64,000 nucleotides of DNA, taken from the NCBI GenBank assembly GCA_951406725.2, contig OX597817.1, positions 157,666,001 through 157,730,000 of the forward strand. The letters run 5' to 3'. Within the stretch, counting starts at the first letter, position 1, and each line of letters starts with the position of its first letter. Below are positions 38,832 through 51,602 of this stretch, one piece after another. The notes beneath the pieces were generated by a model that saw nothing but the letters and a program-made list of their open reading frames with translations, searched no databases and had not been told where the DNA came from. This DNA is from Octopus vulgaris. Lineage: Eukaryota. A program made the translations under genes and the position numbers.

Positions 38832-38985
38832 GTAGGAGTGGCTGTGTGGTAAGTAGCTTGCATACGAACCACATGGTTCTGGGTTCAGTCCCACTGCGTG
38901 GCACTTTGGGCGAGTGTCTTCTACTATAGCCTCGGGCTGACCAAAGCCTTGTAAGTGGATTTGGTAGATGGAAACTGAAAGAAGC

Positions 38986-39046
<61 letters not shown>

Positions 39047-39300
39047 GTGTGTGTATATGTTTGTGTCTGTGTTTGTCCCAACCAACATCGCTATGTTTGT
39101 GTGTGTGTGTGTTTGTCCCCCTAGCATTGCTTGACAACCAATGCTGGTGTGTTTACATCCCCGTAACTTAGCGGTTTGGCAAAAGAGCCCGATAGAATAA
39201 GTACTAAGCTTACAAAGAATAAGTCCTGAGGTCGATTTTTTCGGCTAAAGGCGGTGCTCCAGCATGGCCACAGTCACATGACTGAAACAAATAAAAGAGT
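38832..39300 (+). mobile_element. SINE family A
   Basis: Full length, expanded internal microsatellite and small internal duplication. Confidence 0.85.
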
Positions 39301-39877
39301 AGGAAGAGTAAAAGAGAGTAACCTCAGAGAGTAAGAGTCTTCACAAGGAGCATCTCGGTGGTGAGTATATGAAACTTGATGTACAACTTTCTTTTTCAAT
39401 ACAAAGTAAATAAATGCCAAGCTAATATTCTTTAAAATGAAATAACAACACATAAATGAAATCACAAAGAAAAAACAAGTCATTGGAAAAGAAAAAAAAA
39501 CTCTTACAGAGAACTTCTCTAAAACTGGAACACTATTAACGTTCAACTATTATATGTTGCAGTTTGAGGAAACTATAGAGCTAAATTGTAGACAAAAAAA
39601 TAAAATAAAAATACAAAACAGATTTGGTGTGTTTTATGATATTCTTTGTTAAGTAGCATAAAAACTACTGTTCTGATATAATTGGAAAACATTAGCTTGG
39701 ATCACTTAGAAGCTGATAAGACATAAAAAATGGTAAGAATTTATAAATACAAGAAATCGGGGTGGGGGGTAGTACAGGTAAGCACTTGAACTCTCACCTA
39801 TTATCAGTTTGATTTGACAAGGCACAAGAATAAATCTTTTGTAGCAGAGGTATATTATTATATTGTTGTTGTTGTTA

Positions 39878-40270
39878 AGGTGGCAAGATGGCAGCCGGGT
39901 GAAATGCTTAGCGGTATTTTGTCCGCCGCTATGTTCCGAGTTCAAATTCCGCTGAAGTCAACTTTGCCTTTCATCCTTTCGGGGCCGATAAAATAAGTAC
40001 CAGTTACACACTGGGGTCGATAAAATCGACTTAATCCGTTTGTCTGTCCTTGTTTGTCCTCTCTGTGTTTAGCCCCTTGAGAGTAGTAAAGAAATAGTTA
40101 TTACGTCTGCTGCTACGTTCTGAGTTCAAATTCTGCCAAGATTGACTTTGCTTTTCATCCTTTTGGGGGTTGATAAATTGAGTATCAGTTGCGTACTGGG
40201 GGTCGATGTAATCGACTGCCCCACCCCACCCACCCCAAATTTCAGGCCTTGCGCCTATAGTGGAAAGGAT
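39878..40270 (+). mobile_element. Tandem SINE family B and B-variant
   Basis: Two consecutive GAGTTCAAATTC..GACTTTGC..TTTCATCC cores. Confidence 0.75.
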
Positions 40271-40900
40271 TATTATTGTTGTTGTTGTTATTGTTGTTAT
40301 TTATATTCTGAGTTCAAATTCTACCAAGATGGATACTGCCATTCATCATTATGGGAATCAATAAAATAAAAGTACCACTCAAGTACTGGGGGTCATTGTA
40401 ATCAATTTACCCCCTCCTCTAAATCTTGTAGGCCTTGTGCCAAAATTTGAAGCCATAATTATTATAATTATCATCATCAGCAGCAGCACTGTCACATCAA
40501 TAGAGACTGGATCTTCGAATTTATTTATACTAATTACTAGTATTAACCATCATTTAATACCTCTTACTCTAAGCCTTCCGTTAACTGTAAGTAGACTTTC
40601 TATGATTAAAACTAGAGATTTGTTTTTTCTACTGGAAATAAAATAAGGCAGCCATCAATAATCTCAAGAGAAGTTCATTTAAATTGATTCCCATATTTGT
40701 TTCTCTTCAGGTAGTATTTTTTTTCTACTCTAGGTGCAAGGGGCCAGTTGATTAGATTAACCCTAGTACGCAACTGGTACTTAATTTATCGACTGACCCC
40801 AAAAGGATGAAAGGTAAAGTCGACCTTGGTGGAATTTGAGGTAGTTTTTATATTAATGCTGAGCCTGTCCCGTGCATCACATGATACACATGATATGTGT

Positions 40901-41284
40901 GGAGGCGCAATGGCCCAGTGGTTAGGGCAGCAGACTCGCGGTCATAGGATCGCGGTTTCGATTCCCAGACCGGGCGTTGGGAGTGTTTATTGAGCAAAAA
41001 CACCTAAAAGCTCCACGAGGCTCCGACAGGGGATGGTGGTGATCCCTGCTGTACTCTTTCACCACAACTTTCTCTCACTCTTTCTTCCTGTTTCTGTTGT
41101 ACCTGTATTTCAAAGGGCCGGCCTTGTCACTCTCTGTGTCACGCTGAATATCCCCGAGATCTACGTTAAGGGTGCACGTGTCTGTGGAGTGCTCAGCCAC
41201 TTACACGTTAATTTCACGAGCAGGCTGTTCCGTTGATTCGGATCAACCGGAACCCTCATCGTCGTAACCGACGGAGTGCTTCCA
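40901..41284 (+). mobile_element. tRNA-derived SINE (head D, tail Y), probably tRNA-Arg-related
   Basis: GGAGGCGCAATGGCCCAGTGGTTAGGGC...GGTTTCGATTCCC; 11-bp TSD ACACATGATAT (40886-40896, 41285-41295). Confidence 0.85.
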
Positions 41285-41550
41285 ACACATGATATATTTC
41301 CTGTCATCCATGCATCATATATTATACAAATTCCCAATGTTTTTTTCAACCACGGAGTAACTTAGTACTTATGAAAGGAAAGTTTTATATTATTCAGAAT
41401 GTCTAAAACAAGAGCTAACTAAAAGTCTGGAGCTTATGAAAATGCTTTGGACAAGAAAAGGGTTAACTCATAAAAGATAAAAAGGTGAAGGTGATCAAAA
41501 TAGGATTTGAATTCAGAATTGAAAGTTACTACATCAAATTATTCAAAATT

Positions 41551-41948
41551 TAGGTGCAGGAGTGGCTGTGTGGTAAGTAGCTTGCTTACCAACCACATGG
41601 TTCCGGGTTCAGTCCCACAGTGTGGCAATTTGGGCAAGTGTCTTCTACTATAGCCTCGGGCTGACCAAAGCCTTGTGAGTGGATTTGGTAGATGGAAACT
41701 GAAAGACGTCCGTCGTATATATGTATATGTATATTTATATATGTGTGTGTGTTTGTGTGTCTGTCCCCCCAACATTGCTTGACAACCGATGCTGGTGTGT
41801 TTATGTCCCTGTAACTTAGTGGTTCGGCAAAAAAGACCAATAGAATAAGTACTAGGCTTACAAAGAATAAGTGCTGGGGTCGATTTGCTCGACTAAAGGT
41901 GGTGCTCCAGCATGGCCACAGTCAAATGACTGAAACAAGTAAAAGAGT
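41551..41948 (+). mobile_element. SINE family A
   Basis: Full length. Confidence 0.9.
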
Positions 41949-42841
41949 AAAAATTTCTTGCTGCAAGAATATGGAAGCCTCATCATGTATACATGTAGAT
42001 AATTTCATGGTTGACATTAACTTGTTCTTGAAGATAGCAACCAACAAAAGAAGAAAAAATATGGACATTATAAATACATAAATCTATTATAAATCCCAAA
42101 GCCAAAACACCCACTTAACCTGAATTCTTTTTTTTTTTTAAAGAACATTTCTAGTTTAATTCCAGCAAAGTCAAAGTGTGTAATAATAGAACAAACGCCT
42201 AAAATAAACCGTCTGTACCTGACAGCAATGTCATTTAGTAAGGAAACTTCAGCTGTCTATTGCAACCGTTAGTGTAAACAGACGTCACAGTGCACAAGAG
42301 GCCAGCAGTAAGTACTGCAATGATATTTATATTACCAATGTAATGTTAAGTGTGTCCAGAAATCTCTAGACACAATAACATTGTTCAAAATTAGGTCCAA
42401 CATCTTAGCAAATGTGACTTTTGTCATTAACACAGTTTCATTCAGTATAAACTTTTTGTGGAAGAAATCATACACATTATATATAAATATTGAATTCACC
42501 CCGATTTGAACAGGTGTGAAACTGAACTAGTTTTTGTGTTGTTGTTGTTGTTGGTATTATTATTATTACTATTATTATTATTATTATTGTTATTATTATT
42601 AAGGCGGCGGTGAGCTGGCAGAATCGTTAGCATGCTGGGATAAATGCTTAATGACATTTTGTCTGTCTGCACGTTCTGATTTCAAATTCTGCCAAGGTCA
42701 GCTTTGTCTTTCACCCTTTCAGGGTTGATAAAATCTATGCCAGTTGAGTACTGGGATCGATGTAATCGACCATCCTCTTCTCCACAAATTTCAGGCCTTG
42801 TGCCTATAGTAGAAAGGATTATTATTATTATTATTATTATT

Positions 42842-43062
42842 CGTTCGTTCATTGGCCACAAGGGCTAACAAAAATCAATTAAAACATAAAAGGACAAAAC
42901 ACAGGACGAAAGTTACAAAGGGTTTTCTCCATTTGAAAAAGGTCCGTGTACAAAAGCAGGATACCAACGAAATGTAAGTAACAATTAAAACTCCCAATAG
43001 GGGGAGGCGCTTCGAAAGGTTACTCGTGGAAAAACCCATAAAAGCCATGGGAGCCTGGTCCC
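42842..43062 (-). mobile_element. LINE 3' UTR fragment with a family-B-like tail
   Basis: Minus strand ends TTAGCCCTTGTGGCCAATGAACGAACGA, resembling SINE B tail TTAGCCCCTTGTGGGCAATAAAGAAAT. Confidence 0.5.
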
Positions 43063-43064
43063 AC

Positions 43065-43195
43065 AAAAAGATAGCTTAAACTATGCTCTAAATGGGGGTG
43101 TAGTCAAATCCTATTTTATAGACTCAACCATGTTCTAAAATAAGTCGAAAGGTAAGCTACTATAAATCGGCACAAACTTTCCGGACAACCCAATA
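43065..43195 (-). mobile_element. Mariner terminal fragment (family 3)
   Basis: Minus strand TA-TTGGGTTGTCCGGAAAGTTTGTGCCGATTT resembles a mariner TIR start. Confidence 0.55.
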
Positions 43196-43585
43196 GTAAT
43201 AGCATAAACATTTGTTTCAGATTCTGAAACAAGGTTAGCATTCTTTTGATGGGGGGTGCAATTAAGTCAATTACATCAACCCCAGAGCTCAAATGGTACT
43301 TATTTTATCAACCCTGAAAGGATGAAAGGCAAAGCTGACATGGCAGAATTTGAACTCAGGACATAAAGACAGAGAAAACGCCACTAAGCATTTTGCCCAG
43401 CACAGTAACGATTCTGCCAGCTTGCTGCCTTATAGTAGTAGTATAAATATTGCAAAGCACTGTGTCTAAAGCTCCAACAATAACAATACTCTGATAAAAA
43501 AAAAAGAGAAACAAACAAAATGATAAAGACCAATAATACGTAATCATAATCCCAGGTCTTACACACATACACAACATAGTATTAC

Positions 43586-43664
43586 CTGGCACTGCACACG
43601 CATTACATCGAGTACTTGTGAGTCGAGAGAAAAACATGGATACAAAACAATACACTGCATGTAC
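43586..43664 (-). other. Candidate 79-nt internal exon of an unidentified minus-strand transcript
   Basis: Acceptor GTTTTGTCTGTCTCAG| and donor CCAG|GTAATA in non-repetitive sequence; two frames open but no recognisable protein. Confidence 0.25.
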
Positions 43665-44020
43665 CTGAGACAGACAAAACTAGACGGTTATGCAGTAAAA
43701 AGAACACAATGAAAACAAGATTAACAAAATAAAAAATAATAATTTCAAATAGCAGCACAAACCCATAAATTTCAAGGGGTGGTGTGTGATCAATTTAACT
43801 GATCACAGCTCTTCAATGGCACTTAATTTTATTGATTTTGAAAGCATGAAAGGTATGGTTAACTCCATTGGGATTTGAATTCAGAACATGAAAAGACAGT
43901 AGAATTCCACAGGTATTTTATCTGCTGGTGTACTAATTCTATAAATTTGTTGCTAATAATAATAATAATAATAATAATAAAAACAATTTTTGCTAGACTG
44001 AAAGGCTGCTAAATATATAC

Positions 44021-44239
44021 ATGAAAGGGTGCTAAAAGTTTCTGGCTTTAATATTATCACGAAAGGCCTGGTTGGAGGCCAAACCATCTGAGTTCTTTTA
44101 CAGGGCTTAGAAAAACTGAAGGACCACTGCAATAAGTGTGTGAATCTGAGAGGGGGATATATTGAATAAAATCATAATTAATTGATCCTTTTGTATTTTC
44201 TTATACCCAAAGCCAAGAACTTTTCAGCATCCACTCATA
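44021..44239 (+). mobile_element. Mariner-derived MITE (family 2)
   Basis: Matches 779-994; encodes KAWLEAKPSEFFLQGLEKLKDHCNKCVNLRGGYIE*. Confidence 0.8.
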
Positions 44240-44511
44240 CCATCATTATCACTGTCATTTAACGTTCACTTTTCCATGCTCCCATGGGTTAGATGGAATT
44301 TTTTGAGGTAGATTTTCTACAGCAGGATGCCCTTCCTGTTGTTAACCCTCACCTGTTTCCAAGCAAGGTAACATTTCTCCTTAGCTAGACATGTTTTTCC
44401 TGGAATATTGGAATCAAAAATTCCACTTTATGATAATGATGATGATGACGATGCCAGTTTACAACCACTATGTGATGGCTAGACAAGGCATACACAAATA
44501 CACAAACATGC

Positions 44512-44544
<33 letters not shown>

Positions 44545-45046
44545 TGTATACACACACACATACACAATGGGCTTCTTTCAGTTTCTGTCTGTCAAATCCA
44601 CTCACAAAGCTTTGATCAGCCCAGAGCTATAGTAGAAGACATTTGCCCAGGATGCTGTGCAGTGGGACTGAAACTGAGACAACATGGTTTGGGAAGCAAG
44701 CCTCTCAGCCATGCTGCCACAGGTAAACTGGACAGCTAATTTACAGAACACTTTGTATCTATGGCTTGCAATGTCTAGGTGAACTGTAAGTACGTAGAAT
44801 AGTGCACCGCCTAGAAACAAAATAAAGTGTATTTGAACACATGATTTATAATAATACTTCATCCACTTGACCGTCCCACCTCTATGCACAGTATATTTAA
44901 TCAAGTTTAACATAGACTGGGGATAACCATAATAGCAGGTACATTAATTGTGGTCTGTGATAATGTAAATCAATTAGAATGTTATCAACATAAGTTATGA
45001 ACAACTACCACGATTTCAATGTAAGTGATATTACACATTATAATCA

Positions 45047-45327
45047 ATGATGCCAGCGCTGCCTTGACTGGCTTCCGTACCAGTGGCACGTAAAAAGCAC
45101 CAACCGATCGTGGCTGTTGCCAGCCTCCCCTGGCACCTGTGCCGGTGGCATGTAAAAAGCACCCACTACACTCACGGAGTGGTTGACGTTAGGAAGGGCA
45201 TCCAGCTGTAGAAACACTGCCAGATCAGACTGGAGCCTGGTGCAGCCTCCTGGCTTCCCAGACCCCGGTCGAATTGTCCAACCCATGCTAGCATAGAAAA
45301 CAGACATTAAACGACGATGATGATGAT
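45047..45327 (+). mobile_element. RTE 3' UTR fragment
   Basis: Array units plus (GAT)n tail. Confidence 0.85.
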
Positions 45328-45859
45328 ATTTAAGACAACCAACTGTTTGAACTTGAACCAGATACCTATCAGTAGCCAACAACAGCTGATTACAATAGAG
45401 AAAGCTAGTTATTTCATCCCTAAATTAGACATTATAATTTGTTTGTCCTCTTTTAATCATACTAGCTCTATAAAAAAAAAGCTACATTTAAAATACCCTG
45501 AAGTATTTATGATTTATCAGAATATAGTGAGAATGTTGCTATATAAGTTAGATATTGGGAAGTTCAAAAGTATTAACACAAAAACCAATAATGATACCTG
45601 GAGTGGATATAGATGCTGATAGGTTATATGAAATAGAAATTGAAATAAATGAGGCACCAAAATTTGAATACCATACATGATTGGTTGGGACCTAAGACAA
45701 AAAATGATTACATCTTCCCTTGATTTTTCTCTGGGGTGAAGACAATGGAAAACATGAGGCTGCTCGAGAATCAGGAAGGATGGAGGAAGGACATTGATCT
45801 CTTTCTGCATACCAACAATCTTTCTAGGTTTTTTGATTGATTAAATATATTGAGGTTTA

Positions 45860-46170
45860 TCATCATCATCGTCATCATCATCATTTAATATCCGCTTTCC
45901 ATGCTAGTATGAGTTGAATGATTTGACTGAGGACTGGCGAACCAGATGGCTGCGCCAGGCTCCAATCTGATCTGGCAGAGTTTCTACAGCTGGATGCCCT
46001 TCCTAACGCCAACCACTCCGAGAGTGTAGTGGGTCCTTTTAAAGTGCCACCGGCACAAGGGCCAGTCTGGCGGTACTGGCAACGGCCACGCTCAAAAATG
46101 GTGTTTTTTACGTGCCACCTGCACAGGAGCCAGTCCAGCGGCACTGGCAATGACCTCGCTCGAATGTTTA
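45860..46170 (-). mobile_element. RTE 3' UTR fragment
   Basis: (CAT)n plus reverse-complement tail. Confidence 0.85.
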
Positions 46171-46495
46171 GCCAATATCATCTACCACATAATTCTATTT
46201 TATGGAAACTTTGATATTGTTTCTATTGCTTTGTCAGGGAAAGAGCAGTGTTCCTGATACTTTTGAGAGCTTCTGAAACTGGTGGAAGGAAGAGAGAAAG
46301 CGCTCTCTAACAGGAGATCTGGCCTGAATGCTTGTAACAGAGTGAAATCAAGCAGTAAAGGCACTCAAGGGTGAAGTGGTAGTGTTAAAGCAGGTAATGG
46401 AATAAGTTCAAGTAGGCCAAAGAGGGATTTGAACTCTGATTGCAAGAACCAGAAGAAATACAGTAATGAATCATATTTCACATTCTAACAATTCC

Positions 46496-46729
46496 TTATT
46501 TCTTTATTGCCCACAAGGGGCTAAACATACAGGGGACAAACAAGGACAGACAAACGGATTAAGTCGATTACATCGACCCCAGTGTGTAACTGGTACTTAA
46601 TTTATCGACTCCGAAAGGATGAAAGGCAAAGTCGACCTCGGCGGAATTTGAACTCAGAACGTAAACACAGACGAAATGCCGCTAAGCATTTCGCCCAGCG
46701 TGCTAACATTTTTGCCAGCTCACCGCCTT
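46496..46729 (-). mobile_element. SINE family B
   Basis: Full length; TTCTAACAATTCC duplication. Confidence 0.9.
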
Positions 46730-46865
46730 TCTAACAATTCCATCAGTTAAAAGCCCTGGATTGTACTTTATTTATTAACCCCTGAAGGATCAAGGGCAAA
46801 GTTGACTTTGGCAGGATCTGAATTCAGAATATAAGGAGCTAAAATGTCACAAAGCATTTCCATCA

Positions 46866-47100
46866 ACACACCATTCCGACCGTGGCCGTTGCCAGCCTCG
46901 CCTGGCACCTGTGCAGGTGGCACGTAAAAAGCACCCACTACACTCACGGAGTGGTTGGCGTTAGGAAGGGCATCCAGCTGTAGAAACATTGCCAGATAAG
47001 ACTGGAGCCTGGTGCAGCCTTCTGGCTTCCCAGATCCCCGGTCGAACCGTCTAACCCATGCTAGCACGGAGAACGGACGTTAAACGATGATGATGATGAT
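46866..47100 (+). mobile_element. RTE 3' UTR fragment
   Basis: Tail motif and (GAT)n. Confidence 0.85.
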
Positions 47101-47871
47101 TCTAATGCCTCTGCAATTTGACACTTGTTAGTAGTTCATTGAGAAATTTAGAAAAAGAACTTCACAGCTGAGATGCAAATAGAACGCAGCAAATAAAAAA
47201 AGAAAAAAAATGTCTCCTGAGAAATTCGTTACATGCAGCCAGTGATGCCTTGATCTAATAATTTGAGAGATGTAATGTTTTTTTTGAAGTGTTATTGATA
47301 AAAATATGAAAATGATAGTGATATAGAGCTGATAAAAGAGTGTGAGTGAATGCATTAAAAGATGCAAGCTTATCAGACCTCCGTTCCAAAACAAGGATTT
47401 CAGTAGTTTGGTAGGAGCCTGTTATCTCGTAAACAGTATAAAAGTAGTAGTATTAGAGTGGAAAGTTTACTCTTACAAAATAGTTCGATGTTGCTAATGT
47501 AGAGCTGAAAGGCTATTATAATTACTTAATAGCATGAGACTAAGTTTCAAGTTTGGTATTGCCATTGCCCCCTACAGGGTCCACATAAGATAGTTATTGG
47601 ATTACTACTAAAAGGGCTGGGACTGTGGCTGCACACAGACATCGAAGAAATTAACTGTTGCTCCCACCACCACCACCACCAGCACCACCACAAAAAAAAA
47701 AGCCCTATGACAGACTGGTAATGAATTACCCATCAATGCTCTACAGTTCACAGATGTATTCTTCCTTTTCTGTGCCTCTTCTGTCACTATTACAACATGA
47801 ACCCCAGCTCTTCTGAACAAGTTAGCTTCATTACTTCCTTATTCATAACCACCCATCACCCTCAATGTAGT

Positions 47872-48101
47872 TCTTATTTCTTTATTGCCCACAAGGGGCT
47901 AAACAGAGAGGACAAACAAGGACAAAGGGATTAAGTCGATTACATCGACTCCAGTGCGTAACAGGTACTTAATTTATCGACCCCGAAAGGATGAAAGGCA
48001 AAGTCGATCTCGGTGGAATTTGAACTCAGAACGTAACGGCAGACGAAATACCGCTAAGCATTTCGCCCAGCATACTAACGTTTCTGCCAGCTCGCCACCT
48101 T
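47872..48101 (-). mobile_element. SINE family B
   Basis: Full length; CCTCAATGTAGTTCT duplication. Confidence 0.9.
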
Positions 48102-49030
48102 CCTCAATGTAGTTCTACTTCTAGATTTAGCACTAAATACTTCCAAAAACTGCAACCCATCTTAAATTCCATCTTTGTTCACATTTTCCCTGCAAATCTT
48201 AATTCACAAATGTCCTAGCTAAACATCAACTGCTTCAATCTCATCAGTGTAAGCAGAACAGTAAAGATTATGAGCAATACCTTTCCTCCTTTGATATAAT
48301 ATACAAATGCATTGTCTTCAGTGGTGTTCCTGTATATTAAACAAGCTACACATGTCTGCATACCATATTTTGTGGTGTTTCCTGGAAAACTTTTGCTCCT
48401 ACAGCTCAAACATTCTGTAAATTTGCAGAACCATTCAACTTTGGTAGTGTGGAATACCAAAGGTGAAAATATTAAAAATAAAGCAAGCAACAGTGGTTGT
48501 TCTCTGTTTTAATAGTTTTAGGCAATTATAGATTGATCTTGCTTAATGAAATAGATTTCTTTGAAAATGTAGTGGAGCACACAGAAGATCAATACAATGC
48601 TGTATGGTTTCACAGTCGTCTGGTTGCATCTCACATTGACACTCACTGCATTTCATTTTGCTTGAAACTGAAAGATTTCTCAGTAGACCTGGCAAAATCT
48701 GAAGTGACATAAACTGCAGACACTTTCAACCTAATAGAAGCAGGGTCTTTTCTGTTTTCCTGAGTCTGGTGGAGGAGAAATGCTTTTTAAGTAATACAAA
48801 AACATTCAGATATCTCTGGCAGTCTAATGGTGTGCATCAACAGTTTAAGTGTTTAAAGCTTACTGCAAGAGCAGACAGTAAACTTAATCTATATGGAAAG
48901 AGTGCATAGATAATAGATAAGTTTTGTTACTATGCTGAAACAGTCAGTGATGTAGCTATAACTGAGTTAATATAACTACTAGATGTCAGTGAAAGGTTAA
49001 AAAGATCTAAACTCACATGAACACATTAAA

Positions 49031-49640
49031 CCCTTTCATTACCAATCCAGCTGAAACTGGCTCTGAGTGCAAATGTTTTGTTTTTATATAAGTTTTGAAT
49101 TAGAATCTTCCACCAAACCTTAGTCGTAATTTATGTTCCTAACACTAGCTGAATGATAACTAAGTTATTTTACTAAATTCTTTGTTATATTTAAAATATA
49201 TAAAAGAAAGGTTGTGTGTCTGTCTACTCCGATTTAGATTCCTAACTACTCCCACATTTTGCAGTGCAGTTTAACCAAAACCGGGTATCTTATAGTCGTG
49301 ATTCATATCGAGCCTTTTTGGGTATTAGCGTGCGTCTACGATGAGTCTACGATTTTAAAAATAATTCACCATCATTTTTTTCCATTTTAATGCATATTTT
49401 TTTAAATATAAGGGAAGTAACTCTCTAAAAATGTCTATGATGAGTCAACGATTTAAAAAAAATTTACCATAATTTTTTTTCCATTTTTAATGCATTTTTT
49501 GCTATTTTTTGGCTATAACTCTCTAAAAATGCTTTATAGTTATTTCCCTTACAAACCCGAGCAATGCCGGGCGATACTGCTAGTTTAAAATAATTGAAAG
49601 AAACACAGAGCATCTCAAAATAAATACGGTAACAAAAGGG
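49031..49640. mobile_element. piggyBac-type MITE interrupted by a Helitron
   Basis: TTAAA-CCCTTTCATTACC ... GGTAACAAAAGGG-TTAA. Confidence 0.75.
49190..49583 (+). mobile_element. Non-autonomous Helitron
   Basis: Subterminal hairpin CCCG-AGCAATGC-CGGG (49556-49571) then CTAG end (49580-49583) followed by T; inserted between A and T; 5' end degenerate. Confidence 0.75.
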
Positions 49641-50477
49641 TTAAAGATGAATTGATTTCTTAAAACAGGAGTCTTCAGATTTATAGGGGACACTAACTAA
49701 GATTGTATGAATCTCGTGCTTTTCTCTAAAATTACAGTAACATCTATGAAGTCAAATGGCTTCAATCAAGGATGAAAAACTAAGTTATGAACTTGGCTCG
49801 CTGAAAGTTTATTACTACTGTAAGCTAAGTAAAGGACAAGCTTTAGTTAGTCTTCAAAAACATGATAATGCTGTATTATCACTGAACAATGGAAGCAAAC
49901 AAGTATTGCAAGGAATGAAACGTAATATCGGTTTCAAATTTTAGCGAAAAACCAGCAATTTCAGGGATGTGGGTTAGTCAATAACATCAAATCCAGTGCT
50001 CAACTAGTATTTATTTTATCAACCCTCCAAAGATAGGTAAAATCAACTGCAGCAGAATTTGAACTCAGAATGTAAAGATGAACAAAATGTTGCTAAGCAT
50101 TTCTCCTAGCTTGCCACCTTGAAATGCAACATAATATTATTAGATAGGCTCACTTGATATAAAAAAAAATAATAATAATAATACAAAATACAGGTTCATA
50201 TAATTCATTTCTGAATTGAAATGATATCTACAGGAAATTAAAAGTATCAAATGTTGCTGTCAAGGAAAAACTCAGCTAAATAGGATACAGACATTTGGTG
50301 ATGAACAATAAGTATTGACTAAAGAAATGTTTCAATTCTTTAATAATTATTAACCAAGGTGAATATAATTAAAAGTAAACTTGAGGTAGTTAGAGCTAAA
50401 ATAGAAACAATGCAATCTTATTTTAATATCTCTAAGGTTATTCAGTGCTGTATATCTATAGTCATTATTTTGTTTTA

Positions 50478-51006
50478 TGAGGCAAGTGAAATCAAAATCA
50501 AATTCGATGACTGGCATCTGTGCTAGTGGAGCGCTAAGAGCACCGTCCGAGCGTGATCGTTACCAGAGCGGCTAACTGGCTTCCGTGCTGGTGGCACGTA
50601 AAAAGCACCATTCGAGCGTGATCGTTACCAGAGCGGCTAACTGGCTTCCGTGCTGGTGGCACGTAAAAAGCACCATTCGAGCGTGATCGGTACCAGCGTC
50701 GCCTTACTGGCACTTGTGCTGGTGGCATGTGATAAAACATTCAAGCGATGTCACTGCCAGTACCACTGGACTGGTTCCTGTGCAGGTGGCACGTAAAAAA
50801 AACACCATTTGAACATTGCCGTTGCCAGTACCACCTGACTGACCCTCGTGCTCTCAGAGTGGTTGGCGTTAGGAAGGGCATCCAGCTGTAGAAACTCTGC
50901 TATATCAAGATTGGAGTCTGGTGCGGCCATCTGCTTCGCCAGTCCTCAGTCAAATTGTCCAACTCATGCTAGCATGGAAAGTGGATGTTAAATGATGATG
51001 ATGATG
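50478..51006 (+). mobile_element. RTE 3' UTR with ~5 tandem 65-nt units
   Basis: GCACCA at 50605 and 50670 gives a period of 65; (GAT)n tail. Confidence 0.85.
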
Positions 51007-51602
51007 TCTACTTTTTCCATGAGTTGAATAAAATTTCTCGAGGTAGCATTCTAGTCAGACGCCTTTCTTGATGTCAACCCTAAGTTGTTTTAAAGCCAGT
51101 TTATTTAAATAGTCTTCATATGCCAGATCATTTATGAAAGACATAAACTAACATCACTGGTGCCAAAAACCATGTCAATGCGAAGACACACAGTGACAAA
51201 CACACACACACAAACACACTCATGTCTGCATGCACGCATATGTGAGTGTGTGGTATGTAAATTTACATACACACAAACACACACACACATATATATTTAT
51301 TGAAGGGGTTATAGTAAAATGGTTAAGAGTCAGCAACAAGCTCAGCAATGATCTTAGCATTCAAGTAGGAGGTCATCAGGACTTGGTTCTTAGCCATTAC
51401 TTATATTTATTATAGTTCTCCAAGCCATAACAGAGGGGTTTAAGATTTGCTGCCTTTGAGGACTTCACGTAATCCTTATAGCAAAATCTATAGAAGATTT
51501 GGAGAAATTCTATACATGAAAGAAAAACATAGAACTGAAAGGCTTTAAATTAAACTTAGCATACATGAAAGTTTTCGTAAGCAGAAAAGAAGCTAGGATT
51601 GT

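Noticed and set aside
40901-40975. tRNA gene
   Set aside because: A/B boxes are present but there is no proper acceptor stem, and the sequence runs into a SINE body with a TSD
50530-50852. CRISPR-like repeat/spacer appearance (hairpin repeat, 65-nt period)
   Set aside because: Spacers are homologous to each other, the array lies in an RTE 3' UTR, the context is eukaryotic and there are no cas genes
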